From the NCBI GenBank assembly GCA_965601925.1, contig OZ271854.1, positions 64,001 through 128,000 of the forward strand: DNA of 64,000 bases. Direction: 5' to 3'. Shown piece by piece: positions 57,337-64,000 of this stretch. The notes under the pieces were generated by a model. The model was given only the letters and a program-made list of their open reading frames with translations. It had not been told where the DNA came from and searched no databases. The stretch is from Alkalispirochaeta sp. (GTDB taxonomy: Bacteria; Spirochaetota; Spirochaetia; DSM-27196; Alkalispirochaetaceae). The position numbers and the translations under genes are program-made. Each line of letters begins with the position of its first letter. The stretch's first letter is position 1.

Positions 57337-57727
57337 TGCGCCTCCCTTCTGTATGTCGCATTGTCCGTCATGCGGCGTGGAGACTCAAGTACGAGCCGTA
57401 TTCCGGTGCGGCGTCCGCTCTGTCGGACTCCGTAGTATGTCGCTTACGATATTCAGTCGTCGAATCGCCCGCTTCCGAACGCCGCGGATCCGAAGCCGTA
57501 GCTCTGGGAAGAGGTCATATTGCTACTTTTTCGCTTCAGGAAACGACAAGAAATAAAAATACTAATAGACTGAAAAAAGATAATATGATACTGTTCTTCC
57601 CATACGAACGACAGAGTCCGATCGAAGGGTGACACACAAAAACACATTCTTCGATTATTTTTTATAACATAAATTTTATCCTTAAAAATCAAAACAATAC
57701 ACCGCGCGATTCAATGGGAGGATCCAT

Positions 57728-59479
57728 ATGGTTAGGAAACGAATAACCTTTCGAAGATCGACACAGTCGATGCACCGTGAAAAGGGCGCGGCATCCGGCA
57801 GTAACGGCATGCTACGTCGTCATATCGGCCGATTAGCACAGCCGATACTGGCAGCCGTTTTAGTAATGATGATGCTGGGATGCGAAAACCTTTTAGGTGA
57901 GAGTGGAGATGACGGCGAAGATGGGAACCAAAGTCCGTTGAGTGTTCTCGTAGGAGCGCCGTCATACGACGAAACCGACAGACTGTTAACGTTTAACAAT
58001 GTTTCTCTCACTAATGTAAGCTCCGATACGGTATTTGACGCCTACATTTGGTTCTTCATTTCTCAAGATGGTGAAGTAGGCAACGGGGATGACATATTCG
58101 TGAATGTGCTTGAGCTGACGGGATTTCTCGATGCCGGGGAAACGCTTCCCGTCCCAAACACATTAACCGAAACGTTTATACCGGAAGACATCGGCGGAAC
58201 GTGGCGTATTGCGGTGGTCGCTACGCAAACCGAGAACCCGTCTACCTTTAGCGGGTCGGTACATCCACACGCCGTCAGCACGGAGACATTTTCGCCGACC
58301 CGTACCGCCCTGGCCGTGAGAGTGCTGCTTAACAGCGACGGTACCGGTAGCCAGATGGCAAGCGAGGCCGAAATGGTCCTTAACAACGACTATCTCTATA
58401 TCGCCTCGAACGGTGGCGGCGTTGGATATGTACATAGCCTCAATGTCAGCAATCCCGCCGGTCCGACGGCCGGACCGCCGGTTTCGTCGCTGAATCCTCT
58501 CTTCTCCAAGATAGCCGTAAACGGTACGTCGCTGTACGTCGGGGGATCTTCATCGTTCTCGTCGAATAACGACTTGGTCGTATACGATATCACGAATCCG
58601 GCCTCACCCTCTTCGCCGAATGAAATCGCTCTGACCAACGGAAGCGGTGGCGACGAGATGCTCGACGATTTGGCCGTCGATCCGACGCGAAACCGCCTCT
58701 ATACCTTTACATCCACCGGATTCGCCGGATACGACACGACGACCGATCTTTCGAGTAAGCTCTTCTTTGAAACGTCCATAGATACGGACTCCTCGACGTC
58801 GGCTCTGTTCTCCAACGGTTACGTTTTTGCCTTTTCCGACGGAATCGGCTTGGACAGCTACACGGCCGTTCTGGTGGACGATGACACGATTGATACCACC
58901 CCTGGTACCGATGTTACGCAGACCACTGACACGGCCTTCGATAGTACCGCCAGCGACATATCGGGTACCACGGTCGCGATAGCCGACACCGCCGCCTTGC
59001 CGGACGCAATACAGTTAGTGAACGTCACCGATCCGACGGCTCCTATCACCATCGACCGCTGGAGTCTTCAGTCCTCCACAACGTTGGTTAACGATGTGGC
59101 GATAGACGGCAACTTTGTGTATGTCGCCCACAGCGCCGGCGTGTTTGTCTACGACATTACCGATACGAGCAATGTTCGACTCGTTTCGGAGTTCTCGTTG
59201 TTGGGCAATCCCGGGATACCGGCGCGGGCGGTATATCTGGACACGAACACGGCGTACGTTATCCATAGCTTGAATCTGAGCGGCATAGACAACGACGCAA
59301 CATTCTTCGTCGCCCTGAACCGTTCTCTCTATGAGACGGGAGCTGCCGCCAGCATACAGTCTCAGTCCAAGGCGGCGGGGACGACGGCGGCGCCCTCCTC
59401 GTATCAAGAGGAGCTGTTCCGCTTCGTTAGCCCGATCCCCGCGCCCTCCGACGGGCACATGTGGAAACAACTACGATAA
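57728..59479 (+). CDS. Ser/Thr/Asp-rich surface lipoprotein with LVIVD-like propeller repeats
   Basis: Lipobox MLGC; LVVYDITNPASP, LVNVTDPTAP, DVAIDGNFVYVA...VYDITD. Confidence 0.8.
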   Translation: MVRKRITFRRSTQSMHREKGAASGSNGMLRRHIGRLAQPILAAVLVMMMLGCENLLGESGDDGEDGNQSPLSVLVGAPSYDETDRLLTFNNVSLTNVSSDTVFDAYIWFFISQDGEVGNGDDIFVNVLELTGFLDAGETLPVPNTLTETFIPEDIGGTWRIAVVATQTENPSTFSGSVHPHAVSTETFSPTRTALAVRVLLNSDGTGSQMASEAEMVLNNDYLYIASNGGGVGYVHSLNVSNPAGPTAGPPVSSLNPLFSKIAVNGTSLYVGGSSSFSSNNDLVVYDITNPASPSSPNEIALTNGSGGDEMLDDLAVDPTRNRLYTFTSTGFAGYDTTTDLSSKLFFETSIDTDSSTSALFSNGYVFAFSDGIGLDSYTAVLVDDDTIDTTPGTDVTQTTDTAFDSTASDISGTTVAIADTAALPDAIQLVNVTDPTAPITIDRWSLQSSTTLVNDVAIDGNFVYVAHSAGVFVYDITDTSNVRLVSEFSLLGNPGIPARAVYLDTNTAYVIHSLNLSGIDNDATFFVALNRSLYETGAAASIQSQSKAAGTTAAPSSYQEELFRFVSPIPAPSDGHMWKQLR

Positions 59480-59493
59480 GGGCGTAATTGACG

Positions 59494-59525
59494 ACCCCGC
59501 CCCGAAACGGGGCGGGGTTTCTCTT
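59494..59525 (+). terminator. Rho-independent terminator
   Basis: ACCCCGCCCC-GAAAC-GGGGCGGGGT followed by a T-rich tail. Confidence 0.85.
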
Positions 59526-60033
59526 CAGTACTCAAAGCAGCCGTTCGAACGCCCACTTGCAGCACTCAATCCCCGACCCGCTCGATCGGAGATGTCACAG
59601 ATGTCGACCGTCGGTGCAGGACGCGAACCAATCGGTCGTCCTTGTGCCAGGGACGAAAGCCGCCCGGTACGTTGTCGAGCTATAGATACAGAGACCGTAA
59701 TCGGCTGCAAAACATAGAACACGTCCTGCCACGTCCACGGACAAAGACCGTTCGAAGGATTGACTCCGTCGATATCGAACCGTGACCCTCACGAAGGTGG
59801 GAACACGGATCTATTGAATGGGCGCATTGCTCTCGTGCCAAATCGTCATGAAGACCGACTCGAAGTCCGGTAATAGTTTTTTTATGGGCGATGGTCCCTG
59901 TTCTTCATATTTCTACTGTTTCGACGAACAGTGGTATATACGAGCCGCGCCGAGGAGCATTCCGTGAGAGACTTTACGGTCAAAACAATCGGCTCTTGAC
60001 GCGCGCGGGCGATCGATCCACCATCGTACCAAG

Positions 60034-61602
60034 GTGTGTGCGCTCCGATTCGGTACAAAAAGCGCTATCGTTTTCGGCGCGATGGTCCTCGCGGGGTGTA
60101 TCGCCTCTACCGGGAGTCTATCCGCGTCGACCCCGCGGGCGGTAGGCGGTACGATCGATCTGCGGGATTGGGACTTCGAGCGTGAGGGAACGGTGCGACT
60201 CGCAGGAGAGTGGCTGTGGTATTGGGACGCCCTTCTCTCCCCGGCCCAACTCGATGAGTCGGCCGGCAATGCGATTCCGGCAACGGGGACATTCGAGATG
60301 CCGGCAACGTGGAACGGAGCTCCTACCGGAGACGGACCGGCGGGGGGCCGGGGGTTTGCCACCTTCACGCTGGATATTCTCCTACCCCGAGACATGCAGT
60401 CGGCCGCGCTTTTAGTGCCTAACGCGTCGACCGCATATCGGCTGTGGTTGGACGGCGAGCGCACACTTGCAGAAGGGACGGTCGGTACGACGGCCGAGAG
60501 CTCCGTGCCGTACTATCGCGTACGGCGTGTGGATATTGCACCCGCCGGAGATGGATTGTCACTCGTATTACAGGTGTCCAACTTCCACCACCGCCGCGGC
60601 GGTATGTGGAAGCCGATGATTCTCGGTACACCCGATCAGATCGAGGCGGTCGACACCGCGGAGAGCACCTATGATCTGGCGTTATTGGGCGGATTTCTCC
60701 TGATGGCGCTCTACAATGTGGTGCTGTATCTCGCCGATAGCGAACGACGTCGGGCGCCGCTCGTACTCGGACTGATGTTCGCGCTGTTGGCGATCAGAGT
60801 TCCGCTCCTCGGTCAGATCCTCGTCACCCGTCTTATGCCCGCAACGCCGTGGGTAGTGACGCTCAAATTGGAATACCTGACGGCCAATTGGACGCCGTTC
60901 CTCTTCGTCGCATCGGCCCATCTCATACACCCCAAATCGCTGCCGCGCCCCTTTTTACTCGGTTTTCTCGTTTTCGCACTCGTAAACAGCGGTATCGTAA
61001 TCGTCGCCTCGGTGCTGTTCTATTCCCGGATCATTTTGCTCGTGCTGCTTGTGATACAACTCGCGTTGCTCTCAATTCTGGTGTGGTACATCGCGCTTTT
61101 CTGGCGAGGACGCCGAGAGCTGTGGGTGATCATCGCCGGGTTCGTTCTTCTGCTGCTCACGATTTTCGGGGAGACGGCGCACTATCGCGAGTGGATACTG
61201 TCGCGCGACTTTGCGCCGTTCGGCTTCATGATCCGTCTCATCGCGCCCGAGTCGACCAACGAAACGCCGCTGTATCTGTTTACCACGACGCTGACGTTCA
61301 TCCTCTTCTTCATCGTCAATACACTCCTCATGTTGCGTGTGAGTCGTACTCTTCCCGCCGTTCACGCACCACACGGGTTATCGCAGCCGACACCGCCGAT
61401 CGACCTCGACACGGCGGGTCTCACGAAGCGGGAGCGCGAGATCGTACATCTCGCCGTCACGGGGCTGAGCAACAAAGAGATCGCCGCCGAACTCTATATC
61501 TCGGAGGGGACCGTCAAGGTGCACCTTCACAAGATCATGGGTAAGCTCGAAGTGCGCAACCGCACCGAGCTCTCTCATCGCGTATCGGGGCACGAGCGAT
61601 GA
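60034..61602 (+). CDS. 7TM-DISM-type membrane sensor fused to a LuxR HTH
   Basis: Extracellular DLRDWDF...LAGEW..YW...VSNFHHRRGG, about 7 TM helices, then GLTKREREI...GLSNKEIA..LYISEGTVKVH. Confidence 0.85.
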   Translation: MCALRFGTKSAIVFGAMVLAGCIASTGSLSASTPRAVGGTIDLRDWDFEREGTVRLAGEWLWYWDALLSPAQLDESAGNAIPATGTFEMPATWNGAPTGDGPAGGRGFATFTLDILLPRDMQSAALLVPNASTAYRLWLDGERTLAEGTVGTTAESSVPYYRVRRVDIAPAGDGLSLVLQVSNFHHRRGGMWKPMILGTPDQIEAVDTAESTYDLALLGGFLLMALYNVVLYLADSERRRAPLVLGLMFALLAIRVPLLGQILVTRLMPATPWVVTLKLEYLTANWTPFLFVASAHLIHPKSLPRPFLLGFLVFALVNSGIVIVASVLFYSRIILLVLLVIQLALLSILVWYIALFWRGRRELWVIIAGFVLLLLTIFGETAHYREWILSRDFAPFGFMIRLIAPESTNETPLYLFTTTLTFILFFIVNTLLMLRVSRTLPAVHAPHGLSQPTPPIDLDTAGLTKREREIVHLAVTGLSNKEIAAELYISEGTVKVHLHKIMGKLEVRNRTELSHRVSGHER

Positions 61603-62240
61603 CCCGGCGAGGAGCCCGACGCAATGCAGTCCGACCGCTGCGCTTCGCGTGGCTCTTCGCGCTCATCAGCCTTGCGGCGTGCGAGATCGCGGAGTTTCCC
61701 TATTATGTAACGACGGACGAGCCGCCGCTGCTCGATATCGATTTTTTGGTGATACGGTACTCGTGGAGCGCCGAGGACGGTCGCGATCTCGACACGCGAA
61801 CCGCCGTCGTCCGTCCGCCGCGTAACGTCGATGTGGGATGGGGAGCTCAACGAGCGAACGCAGACGGTCCGGTCGAATCTCCCTACCTCCAATGGGGAGG
61901 AGACAACACGGCTATCGGGTATGAGGCGGTCCTGATAGATATTCAGTCGCTCCGGAATGATTTTCCCAATGAAACGGAGTTCCACTTTCGGCTCCGTGCC
62001 TTTTGGTACGCCGAGGTGAATCGCGGCGATTTCACGGTAGATTTCACCGGATATCGCGGCGGCACCATGGCAAAGGACGCCGACGGGTTCAACTGGATCA
62101 ACCGGGGCGGTGCGGAGGAGCGGAGCATCACCGTGACGCGCACCGTCACGACGCAGGAATCGAGCGACAACGACGGTGATGATATCGGAATGGCGCGCTA
62201 CGTCGTCGCGACGCGCGTCTTGGAGATCGCAGACCCATGA
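61599..62240 (+). CDS. Hypothetical lipoprotein
   Basis: Lipobox LAAC; DGRDLDTRT, WGGDNT..GYEAVLID. ATGA overlaps on both sides. Confidence 0.75.
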   Translation: MTRRGARRNAVRPLRFAWLFALISLAACEIAEFPYYVTTDEPPLLDIDFLVIRYSWSAEDGRDLDTRTAVVRPPRNVDVGWGAQRANADGPVESPYLQWGGDNTAIGYEAVLIDIQSLRNDFPNETEFHFRLRAFWYAEVNRGDFTVDFTGYRGGTMAKDADGFNWINRGGAEERSITVTRTVTTQESSDNDGDDIGMARYVVATRVLEIADP

Positions 62241-63481
62241 AGGTCAATCGAAACCGCATGGGAGTCATGCTTTCGGCGCTACTGCTTATTGCGATCGGAA
62301 CACGTCCCGTAGGGGCGGAGCCGTACGTTCCGCCGCTTTTCGGCGTCATCTCGCCGCGCATTACTCCTCAGGATCGTCTCGCGCTTTCGGCCGTCGGGGG
62401 ACACGAACGGGGAGCGATACCGGCCTCGTTTGCCGATGTATCAGCGGGGGTCTCAGTGGGTCGCCGCGCGGGAATCGAGGCCGGCGCGGTCGCGGTTCAC
62501 CTCCCCGACCTCAACGAGTACCGTCTCGCCGAGGTCAGCGGGACGTTAACGATTCCCCTGCTCTCTTTGGACCGTCTGTCACTCTCGCCGTACGCGCGCG
62601 CGGCGCTCCACATCGGTGAGGAGATCGTCGAGGCGTATTCGGGGAACCTCGACGACATATCGGCCGCCGTATCGCCGCGCGCCGACGGCGGCTACGACCT
62701 TTCCGCCGGACTGGCCGCGGCGATCGCGCTCCCCGACGTTGCGACCAACCCGACGGCGCTCGCGGTACACATCGCCTACGACCATACGGGGGCGCGCGAC
62801 GCGACGAGAACCGGTCTGGAAGAGGAGACGCGCAGAGTCTCGGTCGCAGCGACTCCGACCGTTTTCTTCACCGACCCGGATCGGTATCCGCGCGCCGCCT
62901 TCGGATGGACGCACACGGCCGTGTACTGGTTCGACCGCGGATACTTCTACGACATGACGCCGCAACTCACTCTGGAAATCGCAGAGCCGGTCGCCGTAAA
63001 CGCCGGCGTGACGGTTCCGGTCGTCGGCGGATTGGTGTGGCGCGCCTTCGCAGGTGTCCATCTCTCGCTTACTCGACGTCGGGAGATTCGCATCGTCGTG
63101 GAGAATCTCCACTTCCCACCCGACTCGGCCGACCTGTACGGCTTTGCCGATGAGACTCGCAACGCTCGCAATCGCGAGGTCATCGCCGATCTATACCGCC
63201 AGCTCAGGCGCTATCGGCACCATGCGATTACCGTCGAGGGGCATACGAGCTTCGTCCATTGGAACGATCCGGTTCGCGGCCCGCGGGAGGAGCGCGAGGT
63301 ACTCGGTCCCCTCTCGCAGGCGCGCGCCGAGGCGGTACGAAGTGCCCTTGTAACGCACGGCATAGATGCCGGCCGCATCGTCGCCGAGGGGAAGGGCGCG
63401 TCCGAGCCGGCAGTACCCTTTTCCGATACCGAGAACCAGTGGCAAAATCGGCGCGTCGAGATCGTGCTGCGGAGACGATAG
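62237..63481 (+). CDS. OmpA family outer-membrane protein
   Basis: Signal peptide, beta-rich N-terminus, and C-terminal VEGHTS, LSQARAEAV, NRRVEI. Confidence 0.9.
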   Translation: MKVNRNRMGVMLSALLLIAIGTRPVGAEPYVPPLFGVISPRITPQDRLALSAVGGHERGAIPASFADVSAGVSVGRRAGIEAGAVAVHLPDLNEYRLAEVSGTLTIPLLSLDRLSLSPYARAALHIGEEIVEAYSGNLDDISAAVSPRADGGYDLSAGLAAAIALPDVATNPTALAVHIAYDHTGARDATRTGLEEETRRVSVAATPTVFFTDPDRYPRAAFGWTHTAVYWFDRGYFYDMTPQLTLEIAEPVAVNAGVTVPVVGGLVWRAFAGVHLSLTRRREIRIVVENLHFPPDSADLYGFADETRNARNREVIADLYRQLRRYRHHAITVEGHTSFVHWNDPVRGPREEREVLGPLSQARAEAVRSALVTHGIDAGRIVAEGKGASEPAVPFSDTENQWQNRRVEIVLRRR

Positions 63482-63570
63482 ACGGATCGGTTCACGTGTG
63501 ACGCATGCCGCTTCGGTAGGAGAGGGTGGAACGCGCGCTCACCGTCGACAAGCGCTTCGAGGACGACACC

Positions 63571-64000
63571 TCACTCGACGGAACCGTGAGTAGCTCGCGC
63601 CACGCCGTAGTGGACGCGTACCACATTGTCTCCTCCGGTAGCGTCTCGCCACGAGACATCGAAGGAGCCGCTGTGAGGAAGCGCCCCCGGTTCATCGGCA
63701 TCGATATCGACGAATGCGCGCCCCGGATAGTTTTCATTATCCTCACCCGGCTCATACTCGTACAGCTCCGCCTCGATCCGGATGCTACCCACCTCCGGCG
63801 GTACGGGGGCGAGCCAATCGATTGTGTACCGCTCCCCCTCCTCCAAGTCGGCGTTATCGAGGGGACTCCGCATGCGCTTGATGCGATGTTTGTCGCCGTC
63901 TACCGAAAGCGTGAAATAGCCGTAATACTCGGCCTGATCGTCGGCTGGATTCAGCGGCCCGTCCCCCTCGTTCTCATCGATCACCTCGATCTCCGACAGC
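63571..64000 (-). CDS. Hypothetical acidic beta-rich protein, truncated by window end
   Basis: Open reading frame running off the window end. No recognised motif. Confidence 0.55.
   Translation of the reverse strand, partial: LSEIEVIDENEGDGPLNPADDQAEYYGYFTLSVDGDKHRIKRMRSPLDNADLEEGERYTIDWLAPVPPEVGSIRIEAELYEYEPGEDNENYPGRAFVDIDADEPGALPHSGSFDVSWRDATGGDNVVRVHYGVARATHGSVE

Noticed and set aside
57530..57720. AT-rich tract as possible replication origin or sRNA
   Set aside because: No DnaA boxes or stable structure seen; consistent with the divergent promoter region of the lipoprotein and GNAT genes.

Overview
High-GC, gene-dense bacterial chromosome segment, probably from a free-living spirochaete. 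The taxon is an inference from 'FAAGxQES'-type solute-binding-protein leaders, LxGC lipoboxes, and the presence of TolC and OmpA. I found no rRNA, tRNA, CRISPR array or intact mobile element. The window is dominated by carbohydrate catabolism: two sugar ABC importers, an MFS plus GH94-like enzyme, NagZ, and a sugar-acid dehydratase. It also carries codBA, several regulators, repeat-rich surface lipoproteins, an IS30 remnant and two decayed genes. Main candidate system: two glycyl radical enzymes about 40 kb apart. A PflD-like enzyme lies in an operon with a divergent 3-epimerase, a levoglucosan-dehydrogenase-like oxidoreductase, the only activase and a ROK kinase. An orphan YbiW-like enzyme is co-transcribed with an Fe-S-type GMC dehydrogenase. 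Their promoters share an identical 13-mer (TCAAATGAAAGTT), and related boxes lie between a sugar ABC operon and a ROK-DeoR-reductase operon. Together this suggests a dispersed, PTS-independent radical pathway for anhydro-sugars. Other signals: a leaderless-mRNA signature on eight genes, an apparent ATC start codon, a stand-alone HisRS/HisZ-like protein with a deleted duplicate of its 3' end, and clear operator pairs. All family calls come from motif reading and remembered reference sequences; no database search was run.
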